A DNA stretch of 24,639 nucleotides from an uncultured Candidatus Saccharibacteria bacterium (GCA_964384735.1 CAYLKX010000002.1:9381-34019), one strand, 5' to 3'; shown: positions 1 to 7,908, numbered from the stretch's first letter. Numbers and translations: made by a program. The notes: generated by a model from the sequence alone, not told the origin.

Positions 1-43
1 AAGTAAGAAGGGTATAAATTGGCTTCCTTTAAAGGCTGAAATT

Positions 44-52
44 TGCTATAAT
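44..52 (+). promoter_or_regulatory. Extended -10 promoter (TGnTATAAT) of gyrB
   Basis: TGCTATAAT at 44-52, 92 nt before the gyrB ATG. Confidence 0.65.
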
Positions 53-59
53 ATAGATA

Positions 60-136
60 CGAATAATTGACGAATTAGGCCGAATGATACGAATAAAATC
101 ATATTCGCGACATTCGATCATATTCGTGTAAATTCG
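60..136. repeat. Symmetric array of 4x CGAAT followed by 4x ATTCG in the gyrB leader
   Basis: CGAAT at 60, 71, 81, 90; ATTCG at 103, 112, 122, 132; mirror-symmetric about ~98. Confidence 0.85.
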
Positions 137-144
137 CATAACAT

Positions 145-2124
145 ATGGCAGACAAGGCTAAAAAATCTGGCTCATACGGCGCTGACAGCATTACCGTCCT
201 CGAAGGGTTGGAGCCTGTCCGCAAACGCCCAGGCATGTACATCGGCACCACTGGTCCCGATGGTCTCCACCACCTCATTACCGAGATCTTCGACAACTCT
301 CGCGACGAGGCCATGGGTGGTCATGCCAATGACATTGAGATCGCCCTCCTCCCTCCGTTTAAGGCTGGCGAGCCAGCTCGCGTCCGCGTAACCGACAACG
401 GCCGTGGTATCCCTGTCGACGTCCACAAACAAACCAAGGTCTCAGCTCTTGAAATGGTTATGACCGTCCTCCACGCCGGAGGCAAGTTCGGTGGTGAAGA
501 TAGCGGTTACAAAGTCTCTGGCGGTCTCCACGGTGTGGGCGCCTCAGTAGTTAACGCCCTTTCCATGTATGCCAAGGCTGAGGTCCACCGCGACGGGGGA
601 GTCTATGCTCAGGAATATAATCAAGGTAAGAAGAAGAGCGCAGTAAAGAAGGTTGGTGGTAGCAAGGAGCACGGCACGATCATCACCTTCCAACCAGATC
701 CAGAGATCTTCCCAATCACTGACTTCAACTTCGAGCGCATCGTCAACCACATGCGCCAGCAAGCTTACTTGGTGAAGGGGACTCGCATCTCTGTTATCGA
801 CGCTCGTGAAGCTGGTAAGATTGATACAGATGACATCTTTTATATCCGTGAGCTTGGCCTTGATTTACCAAGCATGTCCTTCTACTTCGAGGGAGGCCTC
901 ATGTCTCTAGTCCGCTTCGAAAACGCTCACCAAAAGACTCTCCATCGCAACATCTTCTATGTAGAAAAGCCTGGCACCAAGGATGGTGAAATGGTCGAGA
1001 TCGCTCTCCAATACGTCGATGACACTTCCTCACGCATCTTGCCATTTGCCAACAATATTTATACAGCTGAGGGAGGCACCCATGTGACTGGTTTCAAAAC
1101 TACTCTTACTCGCTCACTCAACTCCTACTCAAGGAAGAATAATTTAGTGAGTGAAAAGGAGGACAACTTCACCGGTGATGACGTGCTTGAGGGTCTCACA
1201 GCGGTGATCTCGGTCAAACTCCGTGAGATCCAGTTCGAAGGCCAGACCAAGGGCAAACTTGGCTCCGTCGAGGCTCAGGGCATGGTCTCCGATGTCTTCG
1301 GCGAAGCTTTTGCCACCTTCTTGGAAGAGAACCCAGACGACGCTCGCGCCATGGTGCAAAAGTCTCTCCTCGCTCTCAAGGCTAGGAAGGCGGCTAAAGC
1401 GGCCAAGGACTCAATCCTCCGCAAGGGTGCTCTTGAGGGCATGACCTTGCCGGGCAAGTTGGCAGACTGTCAGTCTCGCTCAGCAGAGGAGAGCGAGCTC
1501 TTCATTGTGGAGGGAGACTCCGCCGGTGGCACTGCCAAGATGGGTCGCGACAGACGCATCCAAGCTATCCTCCCACTCCGTGGCAAAATTTTAAATATTG
1601 AACGTGCTCGCCTCGACCGCCTGCTTGGTTCAGAACAAATCAAGAACTTGGTGATTGCCCTCGGCACCGCCATTGGTGACACCTTCGACATTACCAAACT
1701 CCGCTACCACAAGATCATCATCGCCTCCGATGCCGATGTGGACGGAGCACACATTCGCACTCTCTTCCTCACCCTGATGTATCGCTACTTCCGCCCGCTC
1801 ATTGATGCTGGATACGTTTACATTGCTCAACCACCACTCTACAAGATCAAGAAGGGGAAGGAGGTCCACTACGCTTATAGCGATGAAGAAAAGAATAAGA
1901 TCAAAGACGCTTCAGATATCCAACGTTATAAAGGTTTAGGAGAGATGAATGCCGAGGAACTATGGGAAACGACCATGGACCCAACGAAACGTGTTTTGAA
2001 ACTTGTAACGGTTGAAGACGCTCGCGATGCCGATCGCATCTTCGACATCCTCATGGGCACCGACGTCCCTTCCCGCAAGTCCTTCATCCAATCTCACGCC
2101 AAAGAAGCTTCATTGGATATTTAA
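145..2124 (+). CDS. gyrB: DNA gyrase subunit B
   Basis: YGADSITVLEGLEPVRKRPGMYIG, DNGRGIP, LHAGGKF, SGGLHGVG, TOPRIM VEGDSAGG/DADVDG, QRYKGLGEMN; 659 aa short form. Confidence 0.97.
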   Translation: MADKAKKSGSYGADSITVLEGLEPVRKRPGMYIGTTGPDGLHHLITEIFDNSRDEAMGGHANDIEIALLPPFKAGEPARVRVTDNGRGIPVDVHKQTKVSALEMVMTVLHAGGKFGGEDSGYKVSGGLHGVGASVVNALSMYAKAEVHRDGGVYAQEYNQGKKKSAVKKVGGSKEHGTIITFQPDPEIFPITDFNFERIVNHMRQQAYLVKGTRISVIDAREAGKIDTDDIFYIRELGLDLPSMSFYFEGGLMSLVRFENAHQKTLHRNIFYVEKPGTKDGEMVEIALQYVDDTSSRILPFANNIYTAEGGTHVTGFKTTLTRSLNSYSRKNNLVSEKEDNFTGDDVLEGLTAVISVKLREIQFEGQTKGKLGSVEAQGMVSDVFGEAFATFLEENPDDARAMVQKSLLALKARKAAKAAKDSILRKGALEGMTLPGKLADCQSRSAEESELFIVEGDSAGGTAKMGRDRRIQAILPLRGKILNIERARLDRLLGSEQIKNLVIALGTAIGDTFDITKLRYHKIIIASDADVDGAHIRTLFLTLMYRYFRPLIDAGYVYIAQPPLYKIKKGKEVHYAYSDEEKNKIKDASDIQRYKGLGEMNAEELWETTMDPTKRVLKLVTVEDARDADRIFDILMGTDVPSRKSFIQSHAKEASLDI

Positions 2125-2134
2125 ATAAGTGGAC

Positions 2135-2163
2135 TTGACGTATATAATATAAAGTGCTATAGT
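2135..2163 (+). promoter_or_regulatory. sigma70 promoter TTGACG-17-TATAGT
   Basis: Near-consensus boxes with exact 17-bp spacer; GGGAGG SD precedes ATG 2184. Confidence 0.7.
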
Positions 2164-2183
2164 TGTATGTAGGGAGGGTCCTA

Positions 2184-2426
2184 ATGACTTGGGTGTCGGA
2201 AGCAATTGGCTGGGCAGCGGACGCTTGTTTCCTGCTCGCTTACTTCCTGGTCTCTCGCAAGAAGATTGAGGGATCGGGTAAGGAGTTCAACTTCTTAAAC
2301 CTCGGTGGAGCCATCTTGTATGGCACGTACGCCATCATCAAGCACGCTCTGCCGATCTTTATTCTTGAAGCTTTCTGGGGCGTCATCGCGATCACCGCGC
2401 TCAAGGAGGCATACAAGAAGAAATAA
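2184..2426 (+). CDS. Small multi-pass membrane protein (80 aa), resembles CBU_0592-like / PQ-loop-type small membrane proteins
   Basis: Three hydrophobic segments; IGW...LLAYFLVS...FNFLNLGGAIL pattern; start moved to the ATG after the SD. Confidence 0.6.
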   Translation: MTWVSEAIGWAADACFLLAYFLVSRKKIEGSGKEFNFLNLGGAILYGTYAIIKHALPIFILEAFWGVIAITALKEAYKKK

Positions 2427-2478
2427 GCACCTTCACACACACCGCGTGGGCCACACTGGCCCCGCGGTGATTCTTTTT
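2425..2478 (+). repeat. Cassette-boundary repeat R1 (bulged GC hairpin plus T-tract)
   Basis: 54 bp identical to 3172-3225; stem CACCGCG(T)GGGCCA-cac-TGGCCCCGCGGTG. Confidence 0.9.
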
Positions 2479-2484
2479 GTGATG

Positions 2485-2513
2485 TTGATATAGTTATATT
2501 TTAAATATACAAT
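2485..2513 (+). promoter_or_regulatory. sigma70 promoter TTGATA-17-TACAAT
   Basis: Boxes and spacer seen directly; homologous promoter at 3231. Confidence 0.7.
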
Positions 2514-2584
2514 CAGATTAGACTTGGGGTTAACCCCTCTCTCTATTAACCAGATACTCTGGCCGTAGGAAATTAGGAGGAGAC

Positions 2585-3172
2585 ATGATCACTAAAGGTA
2601 AAGGGCCCCGTGCCCAAGGCTACAAAAGCCTGGTGTATGGGGCAATCTGTGGAATGGGGCTAGCTTTCACCTTCATCTACTTAATCTGGCGCTTCAACGG
2701 TGGAGCGACGGCTGACCTGGTGATTCGCCCAGGGATCTTCTTGCTCATGTCATGCACGGTAGCCTTGGGCTACTGGCTCAGTGACACCTTGCACAGATCG
2801 TGGTGGAAGGAGAAGGTCCTTGATCTGGTTGGCAATAGGGTCGCCCTCGCCAAGATCGCCGATGACAAGTTGGTCGAGCTGGCCAAAAAGGTCGAGGCTG
2901 CCCACAGGCTTGTCAATCAAATCGAGAGGCATGAGGACGTGGATAAGCTAGCCAAGGTCCTGGGCTACGAAAGAACCCGTCCTGACGACCCGGCTGGGCT
3001 GGCGTTTTGGTGGAAAGGCCTGCAGGAGAGGGCGGACAACCTCTACTACGAAGCCGTGCACGAGTTCTCCAGTTGCCAGGATGACTTCGAAGTGCTGGCC
3101 GGAGTCTTCGACTTCAAGCTTCGTGAATACGAACTTGACCCGCACTCTGGCTTGATCAGATTCAGGCCCTGA
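2585..3172 (+). CDS. Hypothetical 2-TM membrane protein, paralog A (195 aa)
   Basis: AGGAGG SD; two N-terminal hydrophobic helices; clear paralog at 3330-3908. Confidence 0.8.
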   Translation: MITKGKGPRAQGYKSLVYGAICGMGLAFTFIYLIWRFNGGATADLVIRPGIFLLMSCTVALGYWLSDTLHRSWWKEKVLDLVGNRVALAKIADDKLVELAKKVEAAHRLVNQIERHEDVDKLAKVLGYERTRPDDPAGLAFWWKGLQERADNLYYEAVHEFSSCQDDFEVLAGVFDFKLREYELDPHSGLIRFRP

Positions 3173-3225
3173 AGCACCTTCACACACACCGCGTGGGCCA
3201 CACTGGCCCCGCGGTGATTCTTTTT
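3172..3225 (+). repeat. Cassette-boundary repeat R2
   Basis: Identical to R1 over 54 bp; begins at the TGA of paralog A. Confidence 0.9.
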
Positions 3226-3230
3226 TGATA

Positions 3231-3259
3231 TTGACATAGTTAGATTTTAAATATACAGT
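3231..3259 (+). promoter_or_regulatory. sigma70 promoter TTGACA-17-TACAGT
   Basis: Consensus -35 and 17-bp spacer. Confidence 0.7.
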
Positions 3260-3329
3260 CAGATTGGACTTAGAGTTAAAACCCCCTCTATTAGCCAGAT
3301 ACCCTGGCAGTAGGAAATTAGGAGACTGT

Positions 3330-3908
3330 ATGATCACAAAAGGAAAGGGGCCTGCTCAGGCCTCCAAAAGCCTGGTCTATGGTGCAATCTGTGGGATGGG
3401 GCTGGCCTTTGCCCTCATCTACTTGATCTGGCGCCTCAACGGTGGAGCGGCGGCTGACCTGGTGATTCGCCCAGGCATCTTCTTGCTCATGTCATCAGCG
3501 GTAGCCTTGGGCTACTGGCTCAGTGACACCCTGATCAGATTGCGTTGGAAGGAGGAGGTCCTTGAACTAGTGGACAAGAGCATCACCTTCGACAAGATCG
3601 CCGAAGACAAGCTCGTCGAGCTGGCGAAAAAGGTTGAAGCCCAGCACATTCTCTTCAACAAAATCCTGTGTTGCAAGAGTGTGGAAGAATTAGCCCAGAT
3701 CCTGAACTATAGGGAAGGCCCCTCTACCGACCTAGGAGAGCAGTCTCTCTGGTGGCACAAAGAGAAGGAAAGGGCGGAAAGGCGCTACGACGATGCTGTA
3801 AATGAATTCTTCAGTTGCTACGACGACTTCAGAAAGCTCTCCAAGATCTTCGACTTCAAGCTTCGAGAGCGCAACTGGGGCACGTACTCTGGCACCGTCA
3901 GATCCTGA
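3330..3908 (+). CDS. Hypothetical 2-TM membrane protein, paralog B (192 aa)
   Basis: Start set to MITKGKGP to match paralog A; AGGAG SD upstream. Confidence 0.8.
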   Translation: MITKGKGPAQASKSLVYGAICGMGLAFALIYLIWRLNGGAAADLVIRPGIFLLMSSAVALGYWLSDTLIRLRWKEEVLELVDKSITFDKIAEDKLVELAKKVEAQHILFNKILCCKSVEELAQILNYREGPSTDLGEQSLWWHKEKERAERRYDDAVNEFFSCYDDFRKLSKIFDFKLRERNWGTYSGTVRS

Positions 3909-3913
3909 TCCCA

Positions 3914-3955
3914 TTCACACGCACCGCGTGGGCCACACTGGCCCCCGCGGTGATT
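3914..3955 (+). repeat. Cassette-boundary repeat R3
   Basis: Differs from the R1 core by 1 substitution and 1 extra C. Confidence 0.85.
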
Positions 3956-4042
3956 TCGTTTTTAAGCCTTAAATTTCAACATTTTTTAATAATTACTTAT
4001 CCCCAGTTTTGATGAAAATAGGGGATTTTTTGCTAGTTTTGT

Positions 4043-4085
4043 GTGGTGTAGTGGTATAAAATAGTTGATAGGTGGGAATAAGTGG
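4043..4085 (+). promoter_or_regulatory. Putative MraZ boxes (GTGG repeats)
   Basis: GTGG at 4043, 4051, 4072, 4082; the last two are 10 bp apart as in characterised MraZ operators. Confidence 0.45.
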
Positions 4086-4089
4086 TATG

Positions 4090-4154
4090 CGAATAGCCTT
4101 ACGAAAAGGCACATGCGAATCTAAACCCCATTCGATCAAATTCGTAACAATTCG
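4090..4154. repeat. CGAAW x3 then ATTCG x3 array in the mraZ leader
   Basis: CGAAT 4090, CGAAA 4102, CGAAT 4116; ATTCG 4130, 4140, 4150. Confidence 0.8.
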
Positions 4155-4157
4155 TAT

Positions 4158-4553
4158 ATGTTCATCGGCGAATACACACACACTGTTGATGAGAAGAATC
4201 GCTTCTCCATGCCAGCCAAGTTTAGAAAAGAGCTTGGCCGGAAGGTGGTGGTCACTCGCGGTAAGGATCATTGTCTCTTCCTCTATCCCATCAAGACTTG
4301 GACGGCAATCTCAAAGGAGGTTACTGGCTTAGGGCACGTCAATAGTGATCAGCGTTACGCTCGATTCACCTTTGCCGGCGCCTCCGAAATCGAGATTGAT
4401 TCCATCGGCAGGATCTTGGTGCCCGAATTCTTGCGAGAGTTCGCCAACCTAGACCAAAGCATTGTGATCACCGGCGTGCACGACAGGGTTGAGATCTGGA
4501 ATGAGAAGCGCTGGTTGGATTACAGGAAGAAATTGGAATCCGAATATGCTTAA
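4158..4553 (+). CDS. mraZ: Division/cell-wall cluster transcriptional repressor MraZ
   Basis: MFIGEYTHTVDEKNRFSMPAKFR, DSIGRILVP, GVHDRVEIW; precedes rsmH. Confidence 0.95.
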   Translation: MFIGEYTHTVDEKNRFSMPAKFRKELGRKVVVTRGKDHCLFLYPIKTWTAISKEVTGLGHVNSDQRYARFTFAGASEIEIDSIGRILVPEFLREFANLDQSIVITGVHDRVEIWNEKRWLDYRKKLESEYA

Positions 4554-5478
4554 TCCGGCCAACTCCGCTAAAGCTACGTCGGCTAAACATAAAACTGTTC
4601 TTTTACAAGAAGCGATCGAGCACTTAGGTCTCGAAGAGGGTGGGAACAAAACCTTCGTCGATGCCACTTATGGTGGTGGAGGCCACAGCCAAGAGGTAGC
4701 CAGGCGCTACCCAAAGGTGAAGGTGATCGGCATCGACCAAGATCCAGCGGTAAATCCTAAACCAGAAATCCTAAATCCTAAATTGGAATTCAGGCGGGGG
4801 AACTTTAGGAATATTGACCAAATTCTTGGAGAGATCCGACCAGATGCGATCCTCTTCGACCTTGGTTGGTCCACCGACCAACTAGCCGGCAAGGGGATGA
4901 GCTTCATGCACGACGAGCCTCTCGATATGAGACTCGGCGGGCCCCGCCGAGAAGACGGCGGGGTAAATTTTAGTGCCAAAGATGTGGTAAACAACTGGAG
5001 CGAGGAGGCTCTAGAGCTCATCATCAGAGGCTTCGGCGAGGAGCGTAACTCAAGGCGAATTGCGAGAGCGATTATGGAAGAGCGAAGTTTCGCTCCCATC
5101 AACACCACTCTCGAGTTGGCTCAAATCATTGAGAGCGTGGTGCCAAGGCGTGGACGCATCCACCCAGCTACCAAGACCTTCCAAGCCTTGAGGATCACCG
5201 TTAACGAAGAGCTCACAGCTCTAGAGGAAGGTTTGGCCAAGGGTTGGCAGATCCTCAACTCTGGTGGACGTATGGCGGTGATCTCCTTCCACAGTCTCGA
5301 AGATCGCATTGTAAAAAGATTCTTTAAAGAAAAGGTTGAGGAGAGGAGTGGGGAGTTTATTAATTCACCCCGCCTAGGACCAGGCGGGGCAAGGAAGCCA
5401 ATCGTGCCAAGTGAGGAGGAATTGGAGAGGAACCCACGCTCCCGCAGTGCCAAACTCCGAATTATTAAAAAATTATGA
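4546..5478 (+). CDS. rsmH: 16S rRNA m4C1402 methyltransferase RsmH (MraW)
   Basis: HKTVLL, DATYGGGGHS, DEPLDMR, HPATKTFQALRI, ISFHSLEDRIVK, NPRSRSAKLR; start at the ATG overlapping the mraZ end. Confidence 0.95.
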   Translation: MLNPANSAKATSAKHKTVLLQEAIEHLGLEEGGNKTFVDATYGGGGHSQEVARRYPKVKVIGIDQDPAVNPKPEILNPKLEFRRGNFRNIDQILGEIRPDAILFDLGWSTDQLAGKGMSFMHDEPLDMRLGGPRREDGGVNFSAKDVVNNWSEEALELIIRGFGEERNSRRIARAIMEERSFAPINTTLELAQIIESVVPRRGRIHPATKTFQALRITVNEELTALEEGLAKGWQILNSGGRMAVISFHSLEDRIVKRFFKEKVEERSGEFINSPRLGPGGARKPIVPSEEELERNPRSRSAKLRIIKKL

Positions 5479-5840
5479 AAACCAAAATGACTTTAAACCA
5501 GATGAGTCTCCCGTTCGGCGAAGCTAAGGCCGAGCTCCTTTCATATGACAACCGGGTGAAGACATTTTGGACTCTCGCCATGCTCTGCCTCCTCGCTTTC
5601 GTGGCTTACTTCTACGCTATCAACGTCACGGCACACAACGTTGCTCAGCGCGGAGCCTTAGAGCGCGAGGCCGGCAACCTCACCACTGAGATCGCCAGCC
5701 TAGAATTCCAATATATTGGCCTTAAGGATCAAGTGACGATCGAAACCGCTCATGGTCTTGGCTTCAAAGAGGTTAGCAACCCGCTCTACGTCGCTCGTGG
5801 TGGGAATAACTCTCTATCTTTCAACACCGTTAACCGTTAG
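5475..5840 (+). CDS. FtsL-like single-TM coiled-coil division protein
   Basis: Lies between rsmH and ftsI; TM followed by coiled coil; AHGLGF motif at the usual C-terminal position. Confidence 0.6.
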   Translation: MKTKMTLNQMSLPFGEAKAELLSYDNRVKTFWTLAMLCLLAFVAYFYAINVTAHNVAQRGALEREAGNLTTEIASLEFQYIGLKDQVTIETAHGLGFKEVSNPLYVARGGNNSLSFNTVNR

Positions 5841-5863
5841 TATAGAGGGAGTCCATCCTTCTT

Positions 5864-7615
5864 ATGTTTAGTTTGGAAAATCGTCTAAGAGTTATAACGT
5901 TGTGCCTCATCTGCTTTGCCCTTGTCTTAGTGGGCAAGCTTTATTTCCTCCAAGTAGTGCAGGGGAGCGAGTTCCGCACCAAGGCCGAGCACCAATATGT
6001 CACTCGTTACAACTACTTCGACCGAGGGAGTATCTACTTCAGCACCAAAGATGGCTCACTAGTGCCTGGCGCCACAGTGAAGGACGGCTTCCTCCTTAGT
6101 CTCAACCCCTCCATCACTCGCCTCATGCCTGACTTGGAGGATATTTATAGCAAATTGAACAGCATTACCCCCCTCGACAAGACCACCTTCTTCGCCAAAG
6201 CAAAGAAGGAGAATGATACTTACGAGGAGTTGAGTAAGCACCTCGACGCCAAGGTGGGTCAAGCGATCCAAGCTCTTAAGATTACTGGCGTGCGAGCCGA
6301 CCGCGAGCGCTGGCGTACTTACCCAGGCCAGAGCATGGCGAGCCACACTCTAGGCTTGGTGGGCTACGGCTCCGGCAACACTCTCACTGGTCAATATGGG
6401 CTAGAGAGATTTTATGAAAATACGCTTAAGCGAGATAAGGACTCCACCTTCTCCAACTTCTTTGTGGAAATCTTTTCCAACCTGCAGTCGGTGGTGAGCG
6501 ATAGTAGCGCAGTGCAAGGTGATCTTGTCACTACCATCGAACCTTCAGTCCAAGCCTTCCTCGAGCGCGAGCTCTCGCAAGTAACGAACAAATATTCATC
6601 AGAGTTTACTGGTGGGGTGGTGATCGACCCTAACACAGGTGAGATCGTAGCCATGGCTCTCACCCCTAGCTTCGACCCCAATTCACCCCAAAATGCTCCG
6701 AATGCAAGTGTCTTCCGCGACCGATTGGTTGAGGACCGTTATGAAATGGGTTCGATCATCAAGTCTCTCACTTACGCCATTGGTTTAGAAACGAAATCCA
6801 TCACTCCTCAAATGACTTACAACGATCCAGGTTGTATGACTTTAGATAAGAAGACCTTCTGCAACTATGACCAGAAGTCGCACGGCTCTGGCGTCACTAT
6901 GCAAACCGCTCTAGGCCAATCACTCAACACCGGTGCGGCCTTGGTGGCCCAAAGAGTGGGGACCAAGCGCTTCAACGAGATGCTCCTCAACTTCGGCCTG
7001 GAGGAAAAGACGGGTATAGACTTGCCCAACGAGGGCGCCTCTCTCACCTCGAACCTCCACACCAATCGTGATTTGGAAGCCGCTCAAGCCTCCTTCGGCC
7101 AAGGTGTGGCTCTCACCCCGATTGCAACTGTGCGGGCTCTCTCAAGCCTCGCCAATGGTGGCACCCTCATTACTCCACACTTGGTTAAGGAGATTAAATT
7201 TAAGATTGGTGGAGGCAAAACTATAAGTTACCCCAAGCCTGAGGAGAGGAAGAGGGTCTTGAGCGAAGAAGCTTCGGGCGAAATTTCAAAAATGTTGGTA
7301 GAGGTGGTAGATAAAAGTTTGAGGAATGGCACTGTAAGCCTCCCCAACTACAGCGTAGCCGCCAAGACTGGAACCGCTCAGATTGCTAACCCAGGTGGCC
7401 GAGGCTACTACGAGGACCGATACTTGCACTCCTTCTTCGGCTACTTCCCAGCTTACAACTCACGCTTCCTCGTCTTCCTCTTCACCTACTACCCGAAGAA
7501 TGTGCAGTTCGCTTCGGAAACTCTAACAGACTCCTTCTTCAACATCACCAAGTTCCTTATAAATTATTACGAGATCCCTCCAGATAGAGAGAGGGTGACA
7601 GCCAAGGGCATTTAA
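5864..7615 (+). CDS. ftsI: Class B penicillin-binding protein (FtsI/PBP2 type)
   Basis: N-terminal TM, RGSIYF, YEMGSIIK (SxxK), SLN (SxN), KTGTAQ; dcw position. Confidence 0.85.
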   Translation: MFSLENRLRVITLCLICFALVLVGKLYFLQVVQGSEFRTKAEHQYVTRYNYFDRGSIYFSTKDGSLVPGATVKDGFLLSLNPSITRLMPDLEDIYSKLNSITPLDKTTFFAKAKKENDTYEELSKHLDAKVGQAIQALKITGVRADRERWRTYPGQSMASHTLGLVGYGSGNTLTGQYGLERFYENTLKRDKDSTFSNFFVEIFSNLQSVVSDSSAVQGDLVTTIEPSVQAFLERELSQVTNKYSSEFTGGVVIDPNTGEIVAMALTPSFDPNSPQNAPNASVFRDRLVEDRYEMGSIIKSLTYAIGLETKSITPQMTYNDPGCMTLDKKTFCNYDQKSHGSGVTMQTALGQSLNTGAALVAQRVGTKRFNEMLLNFGLEEKTGIDLPNEGASLTSNLHTNRDLEAAQASFGQGVALTPIATVRALSSLANGGTLITPHLVKEIKFKIGGGKTISYPKPEERKRVLSEEASGEISKMLVEVVDKSLRNGTVSLPNYSVAAKTGTAQIANPGGRGYYEDRYLHSFFGYFPAYNSRFLVFLFTYYPKNVQFASETLTDSFFNITKFLINYYEIPPDRERVTAKGI

Positions 7616-7620
7616 CTTAG

Positions 7621-7649
7621 TTGAAAATTAGACAAAATTCATTTAAAGT
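7621..7649 (+). promoter_or_regulatory. tRNA promoter TTGAAA-17-TAAAGT
   Basis: Boxes and spacer seen upstream of the tRNA. Confidence 0.5.
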
Positions 7650-7665
7650 ATCGGAGTGAGTTAGA

Positions 7666-7739
7666 GGCCCTATCGTCTAGCCTGGTTAGGACGGAAGCTT
7701 CTCAAGCTTTAAACCCGGGTTCAAATCCCGGTAGGGTCA
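7666..7739 (+). tRNA. tRNA-Glu (anticodon CUC); CCA not encoded
   Basis: Acceptor GGCCCTA/TAGGGTC, anticodon arm GAAGC-TTCTCAA-GCTTT, T-loop GGTTCAAATCC, discriminator A then CAA. Confidence 0.92.
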
Positions 7740-7823
7740 CAAACTTCGTTTGTGACAGCCGGAAGCTGCGTAGGCAGCTGAGGCGGGGTCGCGGAAAATT
7801 TCAGTAGAAATTTATCCGTGACC
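7736..7823 (+). other. Triple-hairpin element abutting and overlapping the tRNA 3' end
   Basis: GTCACAAAC-ttc-GTTTGTGAC; AGCTGC-gtag-GCAGCT; 16-bp bulged stem 7787-7823. Confidence 0.6.
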
Positions 7824-7866
7824 ACAAAACATAAAAAATTATTGTGGCTCACAAATAAAAATTCAA

Positions 7867-7889
7867 CCCAGGCGCGTGGCGCGCCTGGG
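7867..7889 (-). terminator. GC hairpin after orphan 7909-8151
   Basis: Perfect 10-bp stem CCCAGGCGCG/CGCGCCTGGG with 3-nt loop. Confidence 0.55.
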
Positions 7890-7908
7890 CGTGTGTGGGG
7901 TGCGTGGG

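Noticed and set aside
2585-3908. Diversity-generating retroelement TR/VR pair
   Set aside because: No reverse transcriptase in the window; differences are not confined to adenines, and both copies are full promoter-led genes
2425-3955. CRISPR array or canonical integron attC array
   Set aside because: Spacing is ~740 bp and holds whole genes; no cas genes; no GTTRRRY/RYYYAAC cores; the recombinase in the window shows no sign of an IntI-specific insertion
4489-4545. Longer upstream starts given by the ORF track (rsmH 4489, dnaB 13080, ctpA 14576, gltX 22123, rmuC 8727, rplI 17187, 3264)
   Set aside because: The extensions overlap neighbouring genes, promoters or repeats and lack family homology; downstream ATGs fit better
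5515-5533. TCGGC-N9-GCCGA in the ftsL-like gene as another REP insertion
   Set aside because: A 5-bp stem is within chance expectation, and no reference alignment was available to show an insertion
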